This document shows positions 1 through 12,660 of a stretch of 64,000 nt of DNA, piece after piece; position 1 is the stretch's first letter; the number at the start of each line of letters is the position of its first letter. The stretch comes from Octopus vulgaris (lineage: Eukaryota), in the NCBI GenBank assembly GCA_951406725.2, contig OX597820.1, positions 43,462,001-43,526,000 on the forward strand, given 5' to 3'. A program made the translations under genes and the position numbers. The notes beneath the pieces are model-generated. The model ran no database searches and was not told the DNA's origin. It was given only the letters and a program-made list of their open reading frames with translations.

Positions 1-849
1 TAAACAATATTACTTTCATTGAGTTTCACAGAGGCGATAAACGCCTCGAGGCGTAAGCAATACGGTCAGTAGATCATCTGCTTCGGAAACCATGCAGTCG
101 GTATCTCAGAGAGGAAACAACAGCTCAACGTGGGAAAAGAGCAGGTGGTTTTCGATCATATTTATCACCTTGTATATTCTGGAAATTAGGTTGACAAAGT
201 AATTATAAACATCAGATGAATTCTGTTTCTAGAAAGAGGGCACTCCCACACATTTCTCTATAGGTTTATGTAGCTCACTGCAAAATATGCATTTTCGTTT
301 GGATATACAGTACTTTATAAGTGTATTATTTGAGGTTAATTAAAGAAACTCCTTGAGGTAGGTTACAAATTTGATTGGTACAATTGAGGCATTAACATTT
401 AGGAAAAGTGTAATTCGTGTCAAAATAGGTGATGTATGAGAATAGAATATTGGCGTGAGTTTTCTTCCTGTGATACTATTCTAGTAAATAAACAGCAGTT
501 CGTCGGTGGCTACCACCATTCTACAGCGTTAATGAAGACCATATTTGAAAAGAACACGATCCCAGAAAGATGTGGGAACTTACAGTAAGATGTAGTAATC
601 ATTTTTTGCGTTAGTGTCTGGTTAGGATGAAAGCAATATATTTTGCCATCAAATATGTGTTTAAACTAAATACCTCAATTCATTTAATACAGAATAGGTA
701 TCGAAAATACAAGTATATTTTAAACCAACAGACATTTTTAGTTCGTCATGCAAGCATTTGTAAGAAATTGGAGTTGTGTTTTACATGAACAAAGCAATTC
801 TATTTAAATACACAACATTGTGGTAGGTTGCTATTTTCAGATTTTATAA

Positions 850-980
850 GAGCAGCAGACGTGGAGAATTGGTAAACCATCAGGCAAAATATATTGTTTT
901 ATTTGATGCCATTTTACTTTCATTACAAATCCCTCCACGGTTAAATTTGCATTGTTTACCTTCCGGGATGAATAAAACAA
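850..980 (+). mobile_element. Highly degenerate SINE family A monomer
   Basis: Remnant core TTGCATTGTTTACCTTCCGGGATGAATAAAA aligns by eye to the family A core (TTTGCCTTTCATCCTTTCGGGGTCGATAAA) of better copies in this window. Confidence 0.3.
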
Positions 981-1030
981 TTTCCATCTAATCGTTTATC
1001 ACTCCTCCCTTAATTTCGAAGTTTTCTGCT

Positions 1031-1413
1031 TTTCTACTTTAGGCACATGGCCCTACATTTTGGGGGAGGGGACCAGTCGATTAGATCGACCCCAGTATGC
1101 AACTGGTACTTAATTTATCGATCCCCAAAAGGATGAAAGGCAACGTCGACCACAACGGAAATTGAACTCAGAGCGTAAAGACGAAATACCTATTTGTTTA
1201 CTACCCACAAGGGGACAAACATAGAGAGGACAAACAAAGACAGGCAAACGGATTAAGTCGATTATATCGACCCCAGTGCATAACTGGTACATATTTAATC
1301 GACCGCGAAAGAATGAATGGCAAGTCGACCTCGGCGGAATTTGAACTCAGAACCTTGCAGCAGACGAAATACCGCTAAACATTACGCCCGGAGTGCTAAC
1401 GATTCTGCCAGCT
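1031..1413 (-). mobile_element. tRNA-derived SINE family A, dimeric copy
   Basis: Minus strand: A-box-like AGCTGGCAGAATCGTTAGC, B-box GAGTTCAAATTCC, core, spacer, second B-box plus core, tail; homologous to 10870-11338, 22512-22906, 63838-64000. Confidence 0.85.
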
Positions 1414-1419
1414 TAAAAC

Positions 1420-1559
<140 letters not shown>

Positions 1560-2280
1560 TAAAAAGTAGATAGATTGGTCAAATTAGTAGAGAGTTGAAA
1601 GTCAAACACTCTGCCTAAGTTTAGTTGCAGATATTTCCGTTCGATTATCAAATGCCGATCAGACTTCTGGGTTTGATCAGTTAAATAACAGTTGGTACCA
1701 GGTTCTATCTAATCGCCTATACACACATCTCTCATATGTAAAGAATTGTCCGTATGTTAATAGATCAATACGACAGAAAAGCAACTTTATGTTTCACATC
1801 ATCAATAACAATGTCTATATCGATTCCACGAAGGCAACTCTACTCTGTATCTAAATCTGATAGAAGTAGCCATCAAATCTGCTTCGATTCATACACCACT
1901 GTTTTTCAAATAGGAATCATTAGATGAAATACCTCTGGATTATCGACACTTGAAAACGAGATAACAATGAAATTGCGTCAATTATGGAACCTAAAAAAAG
2001 ACGTTAGAAATTATAAGTAGCATCCAAATACCACTCGAAACACATTGTACACATTTTGAGCAATGACATCAGCTAATGAGGGTATGGAAGGAACTAGAAA
2101 TTGGGAGGCAATGGTGCAACACTTTTAACACGCTTCGTCGCTGAAGGTTAACTTGGAGGGCAAACATTACAATTATTAAATCCATAATATATTAAATTCT
2201 AGTGAGATTAATAGCAACATAGTAACTAACTGTAGTAGTAGCACCAGCAGCAGCAGCAACAGCAGCAACAGCAGCATAAC

Positions 2281-2313
<33 letters not shown>

Positions 2314-2615
2314 CAGCAGCAGAGGCACTATTTCGTGTTTAAAGTTGTGATTTTTATCATTCGTCTTCTTCATCTGGAATCCCATTAAAAATATATATTT
2401 AAGTTCTTAAGAAAATGTTTTCCGGATGAATTGACTGCCATTTCGAAGAGAATGAGTGACTAAGTAGAGGCTCTCGCAATCTTGACATCTTTTCGTTTTA
2501 ATTTTATTTTATATTCGGCGGGAAGGATAAGACGTTTGGTTTGAATTCTTGGCAATGGTTTTGACGCCATTGATCCTGAAGATAATACCAGCGAAAATGA
2601 CGAAGATGTTGTTTG

Positions 2616-2625
2616 AAGAAAAAGA

Positions 2626-2700
<75 letters not shown>

Positions 2701-2792
2701 GGTGGTGGTGGTGGTGGTGGTGGTGGTGGTGGTGGTGGTGGCTGCGGCGGCGGTGGTGGTGGTGGTGGTGGTGGTGGTGGCGCTGATGGTAT

Positions 2793-2867
<75 letters not shown>

Positions 2868-2932
2868 AAGAAGAAGGAGAAGAAAAAGAAGTAGTTGTAG
2901 TAGTAGTAGAAGAAGAAGAAGAAGAAGAAGAA
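2616..2932. repeat. Compound trinucleotide microsatellite (GAA/GTA/GTG/GCG)
   Basis: Directly visible; explains the poly-V and poly-T ORFs. Confidence 0.95.
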
Positions 2933-3029
2933 CACAAATGATTATAACCTACATAGTTATTGTAACTTTGCCTATGTAGTTAGTGGCGGTACATGAGACA
3001 GACGGGGCGACGCCTGACATTCTAATAGT

Positions 3030-3227
3030 GGCGGTGGTGGTGGTGGTGGTAGCTGATGATGTTGATGATCATGATGATCAATATGATGATGGTAATGTTA
3101 ATGACGATAACGATGATGATGATGATGATCATTTTTGTGACAGTGTTGACATGTGGAGGAGGATGACAGCATATATGTTCATTGTGAGTCAAGAGAAATA
3201 CGACGAAATTGATTACAGCGGTAGTGA

Positions 3228-3294
<67 letters not shown>

Positions 3295-3451
3295 GGTGGT
3301 GGTGGTGGTGGTACTCTTGGTAGTGGTCTTGGTAGTCGTGGTGGTCGTGGTGGTCATGGAGGTTGTGATGTTGGTGTCGGCGACAGCGACCACAACGGCA
3401 ACATCCAAGCCAAATATGACGGTGATGATGATGATGATGACGATGATAATA

Positions 3452-3490
<39 letters not shown>
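3030..3490. repeat. Compound (GTG)/(GAT)/(AGT)/(GGT) microsatellite region
   Basis: Directly visible; explains the poly-D/S/G/M ORFs. Confidence 0.9.
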
Positions 3491-3878
3491 AAGTGGATGG
3501 TCACGACGATGAGTGTGATGATGATGAGGTTCTTAATTAGAAGAACAACATTTTGTGAGGACGATAGCAGCGTTTATTATAGCAGTACGAAGATGATGGT
3601 AAGGAGCTTTGCATTGACTAATTCAATGTTTATTTGTAGATGACGTTCTGATAATGAGAAATGGAAGTTTTACTTTAATTTAATACACCTGCGCACACAT
3701 ACTTGATTGCATCAGAATATATAGGTGAGGTCATAACTTTCAAACTCAGTATGGTTCTTGCTATTCATTCATACTGTATAGCTGAGACTCGACCTTATTC
3801 AAGCAGGTCTATAATCAAAAGCATTCAAGATCTAGGCACTTCGTTAACTAGGCAACTTTTCGACAACGTTATACAATA

Positions 3879-4098
3879 CAGGGTGGCCCAAAAGTAGATT
3901 TACACTTATCCAACTATCTCTTTCGCATTCATAAATATATCAACAGTTTAGCTCTTAATTATAAAATATGTGAATTTGGTTACTTTTGTGAAGCTCACTT
4001 TTCAGTTTGTAACACAGAAATTTAAATGTAATAAAATGTTTTAAAAGAAATTTAAAGTGCCTATGTGATAAATGTAAAGCTACTTTTGGGCAACCCTG
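3879..4098. mobile_element. Tc1/mariner-type MITE
   Basis: 26-bp TIRs CAGGGTGGCCCAAAAGTAGATTTACA / TGTAAAGCTACTTTTGGGCAACCCTG (2 mismatches) with TA on both flanks. Confidence 0.9.
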
Positions 4099-4211
4099 TA
4101 TATCCTTACCTTTTACAAAGTGCAAGTGTACGATTAAAAGAAATATTTTTTTTTTAAATTCTAACGGGTGTAACGAATACGTAGAATATCTAATAGTAGA
4201 AATGTATCATT

Positions 4212-4420
4212 GGCAGCGAGGTGGCAGAATCATTAGCACACCGGACAAAATAGTTGGTGGCATTTGTTACATCTTTAGGTTGTCTTCAAATTCTGCCGAT
4301 GTCACTTTGTCTTTCATCCTATCGGGTTGATTGAATCACCGACCAGTTGAGCACTGGTATCATTGCAATGGAGTAGTCCTGTCCCCTAAAATTTCAGGCT
4401 TTGTGCCTATAGGAGATATT
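4212..4420 (+). mobile_element. SINE family A monomer (diverged)
   Basis: GGTGGCAGAATCATTAGC head, TTCAAATTCTGCCG B-box region, core CTTTCATCCTATCGGGTTGAT, tail GGCTTTGTGCCTATAGGAGATATTATT. Confidence 0.75.
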
Positions 4421-4429
4421 ATTAATTTA

Positions 4430-4830
4430 AAAGGAACTGGTCCGGAATCGGGATGGAAGTTTTGATACAGGTAAAAGCAGAATCCCTGGACAAGGTCCCC
4501 AACTTTATCCTACTGCCCATGTCGTGGTGGAAGGCAGAAAGCCAAGGTGCTACACTTGTGGGTCTAACGTCCATTTGAAGGGTGGTTGTTCACAAAATCA
4601 AGAAAATGTAGCTCGAGAAACGGTGGCTCTGCAACCATTACCACCACAAGAAGGTGAAAATGTGCAACAACAACCAATGCAACAACAGCCATTAAAGCAA
4701 CATTTTTCAAAAGCTGAATCTCACCACCACAATGGGACCAACAAGTGTAGCGGTGTAAACAAGCAATGCCCGACCGTCGTTACAGGCGGGCGGCATAGAT
4801 ACACCACATACTCCAGATACGGGTGATTCA
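4430..4830 (+). mobile_element. Tx1/L1-clade LINE ORF1 remnant with gag zinc knuckle
   Basis: ORF 4524-4826 begins VEGRKPRCYTCGSNVHLKGGC, a CX2CX4HX4C knuckle, followed by low-complexity Q/P sequence; APE remnant downstream. Confidence 0.6.
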
Positions 4831-5220
4831 GAAGCCTTATCATGCGACTAAATCCACCAAGAAGAACCTGTGTTGGGGAAAAGCGAAAAAATAGTTCCAT
4901 AAAAGGCTGTCCTAATCTGAAAGTGAAAAGAGAGGACGAGGAAACTTCAACTAATTCATCAGCTACACTAACAACACCGACACACCCACCCATGGAGAAA
5001 AGTCCTATCGATGCGGTGACGCTCATACGTGTGAGAGAGATAGAGAGTGAGGGACGTCATCAGATGATATTGCAAGGTAGAGTGACCGTAAAGCGCTCTG
5101 TCACCTCCTTACAGAACAACAAACGATAAGTCTGTTCTTAACATAAGCAATAATGAATTTATTCAAAAACGGAATATTTCAACAAAGATTCCTTGCAAAG
5201 CATTTCCATCCACAACATCA

Positions 5221-5585
5221 ATGGTTAGGCAGCGGACTCGCGGTCGGAGGATTACGGTTTCGATTCCCAGACCGGGCGTTGTGTGTGTTTATTGAGCGAA
5301 AACACCTAAAAGCTCCACGAGGCTCCGGCAGGGGGGTGGGGGCGTCGACCCCTGTTGTACTCTTTCGATCCAACTTTCTCTCACTCTTCCTTCCTGTTTC
5401 TTGTCACCGCCTTCCTACGCAACCGCTGAACCTGGATGCGCATTCATCCATCCGTCGATTCTCTCGGTATCGGGGATTGACCTGCTTTCTCTTCTGCCGG
5501 TCTTACGAATAGCAAAGGACCTCGTTTCGGACTTCTCTCGCTACAGAAGGCCGCTGCGCTCAACGTCAACGTCAACATCAACAAG
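5221..5585 (+). mobile_element. tRNA-derived SINE family D
   Basis: ATGGTTAGGCAGCGGACTCGCGGTCGGAGG...GGTTTCGATTCCC (A/B-box tRNA-like head), GC-rich body, (TCAACG/A)n simple tail. Confidence 0.7.
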
Positions 5586-5899
5586 AATAACTCAGAATTT
5601 GAAGTGAAACAGGAATTTTTAAAAAAACTATCATACAATATCACCAACGATAAAAACGTAAGCAGCAACAGTTATTCGTATATGATTAGACAAGTATGAA
5701 TATCGACACAGGGAAGAATATGTTCCACAAATATAGGAGCAAAAACAGCAACAGTAGCAACAACATCAATGACAACACCACCACCACCAAAAACAACAAC
5801 AAAAGTGGCAATGACGAAAGAACAAATAATCTAGTACAACGGGGATTATAGATATCAGCTTCTCTTTTGCTAGTGCCACCAACTTCTCTTTTCAAAGAG

Positions 5900-6600
5900 C
5901 AAACTCTTCTGATAAAGAAATAAAAAAGGCCAGAGAGTTGGTCGAGCGAGATGGACTAACAATTAAATGTAACACTTGAGTCCACGCCATACAAAACACC
6001 GACGTCTTTTAGGGACGCACCGCACTATTGGATTAAAGGCAAAAAAGGTGGAAAGGTCCACCAAGACTCAAATCTGGAAGAGCGCTAGTTTCTGTTTGGA
6101 AGCTAAAACAATATACGAAAAGCGGGAGAAGTTATGGAACATAGGAAGGAAGAACCGAAACAGAGGAGGAAGCAGAAACTTACTCTCTAAAATACAAGAA
6201 AAGTGAGTTGTTGGTTCCTTAATACAACGGTCAGAGCCTCGCAAGAGTTCACATCGAGCAGGTGCCGACAGAAACAGCCATTCTTTGGATTTTTGCTGCG
6301 GTTATGGTAGAAATCGACGGAAATACAAACATCTTCGAAATCTAACAAACCAGTAAAGACAAGTGACCGGGGACGAGGATAGAAATCAGTCAAAAAATGT
6401 GGATGTCATCCCAGATCAGATATATCTCACAGGTGACACCATCATAACCGGTAGAGTGCATGTAAGAAAGACTGATTGCCACACCTGCTTTTCGGCCATA
6501 CACCTACACACCTAAGAGATTTCTGCCCATCATTGTAGGAGAAATAGAAGATAACCTCTCTTCTTCCAACAACAATAAACTCACTAATAACAGACCTCAA
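5900..6600 (+). mobile_element. Second decayed Tx1-like ORF1 remnant
   Basis: About 6420-6530 translates as IYLTGDTIITGRVHVRKTDCHTCFS..HL..DFCP, a frameshifted knuckle resembling that at 4524. Confidence 0.35.
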
Positions 6601-7214
6601 AACCAAGAATAACATCAACACAAGCCACAACATTAACAGACTGTCAGACACATGTTTGATCAGGACGAGGACTGGAAAACATAAACTAAAAGAGGAAAAG
6701 CTCAAACGAACAAATTTCATCCATACAGAAAGTGGAGTGAAAAAGTAAAGGCCGCAAGGCAAAAAACACAAAAACAAACACTACATCACCAATCCGTCAC
6801 AAATATTTCGAACACCAGTACAACCACCAACACCACAAACACAAACCAAATTACACATCTACAACAACAACAGCAACAACCAAAAAGTAGGCATAGAGTA
6901 AAGAAATTATACCACAAACTATACGACAATAATCACAAACACGCAAACTTCGTGAATTACATAAAGCACACACAAACATCACAAAGATAGATTTTATAAC
7001 ACTCGTACTGCCCATACCCCTACAGACATAAATATCGTTTGAACACCTCAGGTCACATACACACACATCAAAAAACTACATTTCAAAAAGGAATCGGTGA
7101 CTTTCGAGGCAACATCGCCAAACGAATATTCAAACCGAAGGGTCAGACAAACTACCCCTCAACACAAAACCAAGTAAGTTTTTCTTCTCACCTTTTCACC
7201 TTTCTTCTTATCCC

Positions 7215-7865
7215 AGTAAGGATCGGCAGTGAAGGACATACTTTCAGGCTAGCTGCTGTCTATGCCCAGACAGGGGTAGCACGACCACATTTCTTCAGGA
7301 ATCTGAAAACGTATTTAGCAACGTCCCGCTACCTTAGTGTTAGTGGGCGACTGGAGAGGGACCTTAAATGCACACTGGGATTCTGTGGTCTTATCAGACA
7401 GAGGAGAAATGTGCAAAATCCTTGCAAAACTCTTTCAGCAGATTCCAATTATTTAACAGGGGTCGAAAGAATTTCCCATATGTGTCAGTGTGGTCCTGGT
7501 CAAACATATCGTATCTAGAAAGAGTATTTTGTAGACAAGCAGATAAGGATAGCGTAGATTGTTCACACTTTACAGTAATCTATTACACAGACAATAAATT
7601 TGTGATCTGCATAGTCAAGCAAGATATGCAATTGAATGCATCCTTCCGGCACGAAAAACTTCCAAAAAACCGGATTAGTGATTTAATTAACCGGCCGTTG
7701 ACAGGGGCTAAAACAAGTAGTGGATCACCCGGAAAAAGGGCGATTAAAATAGAATAGATAAGGTAATGGTAATGATGATGATGATGATGATAAAACTAGC
7801 AAAATTATGAAACAGCTGCAAACGACTGGAATAAATATATATTCCCACCTTACTTCTCTTATCAG

Positions 7866-7896
<31 letters not shown>

Positions 7897-8060
7897 CATA
7901 CATACATACATACATACATAAACACTAAATAAAACCCACAGCAATGGTAAAAAAGTACGAGTCTCTTCAAGACTACGTATAGTAGAAGTGCAACGTCAGC
8001 ATTCTATAAAGGGGTAGAGCCAAGACAGAATGTCGACGTTCACATAGCAACTCTGGACGC
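7215..8060 (+). mobile_element. Tx1/L1-clade LINE ORF2 AP-endonuclease remnant
   Basis: FRLAAVYAQT...FFRNL...SG(DW) and SYLERVFCR...YTDNKFVIC correspond to APE motifs (VYAP, GDFN, LDR, SDH); frameshifted and interrupted by (TACA)n at ~7868-7920. Confidence 0.65.
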
Positions 8061-8094
8061 TTTAAAAAATAAGTAGATTTCCGCCGGGAGCTAT

Positions 8095-8326
8095 CTTTTA
8101 TCGTTTATTTCTGTTTTGGTCATTAGAGTGCCGCCATGCTGGGACACCGCCTCGAATAATTTTTAATTGAACAAATGCAGCTTAGTACTTATATTATGTC
8201 TCGCACATATTCTAAGTTTTCTTTCGCCGAACCGCTAGGTTACAGGGGCGTAGACACATCAACACCGGCTGTTAAGCGATGGTAGGGAACAAACACTGAC
8301 ATAAAGATACATATACACAAATAGGT

Positions 8327-8359
<33 letters not shown>

Positions 8360-8364
8360 TAAAT

Positions 8365-8401
<37 letters not shown>

Positions 8402-8404
8402 TAA

Positions 8405-8443
<39 letters not shown>

Positions 8444-8651
8444 TATAGATAGATAGATAGATAAATAGATTGATAGATAGATAGACAGACAGATTTTCTT
8501 TCGTCTAACCGCTAATTTATGGGGAGGTAAACACACCAGCGCCGGATGTCAAGTGATGGTAGGGCACAAACACTGACTCAAAGATACATACACGTAAATA
8601 GATACATAGTGAGACAGACACAGACAGACTGACACATTCAGACAGACTGAC

Positions 8652-8713
<62 letters not shown>

Positions 8714-9070
8714 GTTTCTTTATTGGCCACACAGGGCTGCACACAGATGGGACAAGTTACAAGGTAGAGCTTTTCTTTTGGGGGATGAAAAAAAAAAAAA
8801 GAAAAAAGGTGGCGTAGGTTTTCGATCAAAAGCGATCGTAAAAGGGAAAAAAAGAACAAAAAATAATAAATTTAAAAAATAGATAGACAGATAGATAGAT
8901 AGAGATGTATATACGACAGGCTTCTTCCACTTTTTGTCTACCAAATGTACCTACAATGCTTTCGTGTGTTCGAGGTTACAATATAAGACATTTGCCCAAG
9001 GTGCGGAACTGAGCCCAGAACTGTGTATTTGGAAATCAAACCTCTTATCACAGAGTCAAGTTGCATCTAT
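8095..9070 (-). mobile_element. tRNA-derived SINE family B with internal microsatellites, partial duplication and nested insertion
   Basis: Minus-strand head with TTGGGCAAATGTCTT motif (8985-9060) and body CCGCCATGCTGG...AACCGCTAGGTTAC...AAGCGATGG; homologous to 35172-35535 and 42875-43310. Confidence 0.75.
8713..8879 (-). mobile_element. 5'-truncated non-LTR retrotransposon 3' end inserted in (GATA)n
   Basis: Minus strand ends ...GTGGCCAATAAAGAAACTTATCTATCTATC; GATA repeats on both sides. Confidence 0.5.
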
Positions 9071-10869
9071 GAATAAATACCAACAGTAACTTCGTGTTGA
9101 CGCTGATACTGAAACTGGGCACGTTTGTTTATTCTGTTATTGTTGTTGTTGTTGTTTTTGTCGTCGTCGTCGTCGACGACGTTGTCATCATTCCATCCTG
9201 ATAATTATTTCAGATGGTCAGGCGTCTTTGCTTCGCTCGTTCTTTTGAAAATACATTCATATATATTTTTTATCATACATTTACTTAGTTTTAAACATTA
9301 TTTCCTCTCACAGGGGAGTGGGAAGAATAGAGCATTTAGTTGTTGTTAAAATGCACTTGAGAGCAGCCCTAGTATAGGAACAGTAATAAGGACAAAAGAT
9401 TTACCAGCAATTTCGCGAGAATATTACCGACTACAACAGCCACCTGAGTTGGCTGGTAGAACGGCAGAAATGTTGGGATTCTAAAAACTATGGTGAATAC
9501 ACTAGTCCGAATATATCAGTGTAAAATTCTTTAAAGCAATAGGCTACAATTTAAAAGAGATGAATCTGCTATTTCTAGCAGGTCGAAAGGCCACTTAGAG
9601 CTTCCCACGGCGCCTCATCCAATTAAGTGCATCTCCGAGAAGACGCTACACACTAAGTTTACAAACAATCACCAATTGCATCTTTTTTCTGTCTCTTTTA
9701 TTATATTTGCGTTCATTCTTTTTCTGTATCTCGTGTGTCAATAATATAGATTCAACATGTATTAAAACGAATATGTTTGACATTATTAGACAATTAAATT
9801 GGTTCAAATGTCAGGGTAAAAAGAAATGACATCAATAAATTACTTACGAGAAAGAACGTGAAATTTATGCAAAAGCAAATACCTAGATGATTTGAACCTA
9901 ACAAATAACATCGCATGTTGATGTTGTTTTGCCTTTTTCCCTATCTCCAAATAATTAGAGCTGATTTAAAACAGTGAGTCATAGTAACCGAAACCACTCT
10001 ATTTTTTCTGTCTTCTTTTGACGTGTTTTCTTTTCTCTTCTTTTTTTTTTCTTTGAGTTTTGTAAAATACTACCTTGTCAAGGAACTTTTTGCCGGTAAT
10101 TTGTACGGTGGGTTTTGCCGAACAAGCGAAATTTAATGGTGATTCATGAATTCACCAGTAAATGCTTCACTACACACATTTACCATATCTCTTCCTAGTA
10201 ATAATATAAATGATTGTGCTGTTGTTTTTTTTTTTTGCCGCGGGTCACCTCCAATCAAACCGTTTCATCTGTGACCATCCTGATAAATTTTCAAGATGGT
10301 AGCTTGTTGTCTATGGGAGAATTCACTGTTAACACTAACAGGTCGAGCGAAAGTACAAATGCTTCGTCGTGAGATCCTAATTATAGATTTCTAGCATAGG
10401 TACAAGGTTGAAGATTTATAGTTAGAAATGGGTGTATCTTTTCTGATTTAGGATATGGTTACGCAGCCGTAAAACAGAATAAAGAACATGTTTGATATAT
10501 GAATCATTACGGACGTCAGCAAGCTTCTGTATTTGTATCCCAAGACATATCGATTATTTTATACAACTCTATCTTATCTCAGCCTCTGATCCGTTTTCTC
10601 ATACACTGTTAGCATACGCTAGCATGGCTTTATATTTTTTTGTAATAACAAAGAAGACTTCTGATGATATTCCATTCGTAGTAAATTAACAATGTAATAA
10701 TAGCTATGAAAAGCGAATATAGAATGAGAGAAAAAAATAGCGTTGTATTTGCAAAGCCCTTATGAGAAGAAATAGAAATAGAAATAACTGGTACAATTCC
10801 ATGAAATGTGATGCAGCAGCAAAATGGTATCAACAGGTCGCAGAAGTGGACTATAAAGAAACGGTAATA

Positions 10870-11338
10870 TTAATATCAAATTTCGGTACGAAGCCATCTA
10901 TTTTGGAGGAGTGGTTATGTCGATTACATGAACACTCAGTATTCAGCTGGGTACTTATTTTATCGAGTCCAAAAGAATGACAGGGAATTAAGGGGGATTA
11001 TATCGACCCCCAGTGCATAACTGGTACTTATTTAATCGACCCCGAAAGGATAAAAGGCAAAGTCTACCGCGGCGGAATTTGAACTCAGAGCGTAACGGCA
11101 GATAAAATACATATTTCTTTACTACCCACAGGGGGCTAAAGACAGAGAGAACAAACAAGGACAGACAAACGGATTAAGTCGATTATATCGACCCCAGTGC
11201 GTAACTGGTCCTTAATTTATCGACCCCGAAAGGATGAAAGGCAAAGTCGACCTCGGCGGAATCTGAACTCAGAACGTAGCGGCAGACGAAATACCGCTAA
11301 GCATTTTGCCCTGTGTGGTAATGATTTTGCTACCTCAC
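10870..11338 (-). mobile_element. SINE family A, three core units
   Basis: Three copies of the CTGGTACTTA..ATCGA core (~10947, ~11021, ~11205), two B-boxes and the shared spacer. Confidence 0.85.
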
Positions 11339-11744
11339 AACCATAAGAAACTTTAATATTATGAATAAAGATCATGTGTAGACTGAAGAAATTCGAAGTA
11401 CGATGTCTTGGAACAGCGGAATTGCTCTGAGAAAGAAAGCATATGTACAATTTTGTGGAGATATAAGGAAATACTGGTTTAGTAGAAAACACTAAGTTTT
11501 GAACAGGGATTAAGATATTTTGTATAATCAAAACTGATTTAAAGAAATTGCTATATTATTCTGTTTTTGCTCCTATTAATGCAATTATTTTCTCATGTCA
11601 GCTCTTTTCAAGCAGACATAATATCTCAATGTAAGTAAAATACAAGTAAATTTGTTTCAAAATTTTCTTCTAGTACATTCAACAGTTAGCGAGCATAGAA
11701 TTCTTAGGTATATAATCTTTTAATATGTATGAGGCTTACAAGCC

Positions 11745-11940
11745 AGTGAGCTGGCAAAATCGTTAGCAAGTCGAGCAAACTGATCAGCAGCATTTCGCTT
11801 GTTTTTATGTTCTGAGTTCAATTTTCACCGAGAGCGATTTTATCTTCTCGAGGCCGATAAAATGAATACCAGTTGAGCACTTGGGTTGATGTAATCGACG
11901 TACCTCGAACTTGCTGTACTTGATCCAAAATTTGATACCA
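11745..11940 (+). mobile_element. SINE family A monomer
   Basis: GTGAGCTGGCAAAATCGTTAGC...TTCTGAGTTCAATT...GATAAAATGAATACCAGTTGAGCAC. Confidence 0.75.
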
Positions 11941-12549
11941 ATACGTATGAACTTTGTGTTGGATCAAAGGCAAAATTTGCAAACGTCACTCACTAGAAAT
12001 GGAATTAATGAACAGAATAATGCTAATGAAAGAATCTCAATGCTGATTCATAATTATCTGATCAGAATGCAAACAGATTCATTACAAGTTGTAATACGAT
12101 TTCTAGGATGGTTTCTTCATAGATTACACAAACGGTCGGTTGTTGTAGGAAACCAAACCAACATTTTTCAGAAATATATTTTTTCTGAACACTAGACATA
12201 TTGAGAAGGGTATAAAATGATTATTGATCGATGTTTTTTCTATTCTATATACCAATTCAGTCAAAACAGAAGACAACTATGATAACACGCATTCCAGTTT
12301 TCATCAACCCGACTTTTTATCTGACTTAGAGTATATAAATGTCCAGTGTCTCACCTTTAAGATGATTTCTTGCATTTTAAGGAAGGCTTGAATACTGTTT
12401 CTACTAGAATACTCTATAAAATAGAGGCTCGAATTGATAATTTAACGCATTATAAATTATCAGAAAAAATTTCTAATGACATTAACTACCGTCACATCAC
12501 CATTCAATTCAGAAAGGTTACAGAAGTACACATTCTTACGTAGGAGGTG

Positions 12550-12660
12550 TACTCAATTAATATGGATACCAGTACTTGACTGGAATTCATTTTATTGAAC
12601 CCGGGAGAATAACAGAGGAAAGACGTCTCCTGAAGGATTCGAACTCAGAAGATAAGGACT
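12550..12660 (-). mobile_element. Degenerate SINE family A fragment
   Basis: CCAGTACTTGACTGG...GGATTCGAACTCAGAA core and B-box remnant. Confidence 0.4.

Noticed and set aside
15-60. Hairpin GAGGCG-ataaa-CGCCTC with GAAA on the minus strand as a further hammerhead
   Set aside because: No recognisable YTGANRA core; truncated by the window edge
10870-11338. Repeat-spacer pattern superficially like a CRISPR array
   Set aside because: Units are long SINE cores with the same spacer at several loci; eukaryotic context and no cas genes
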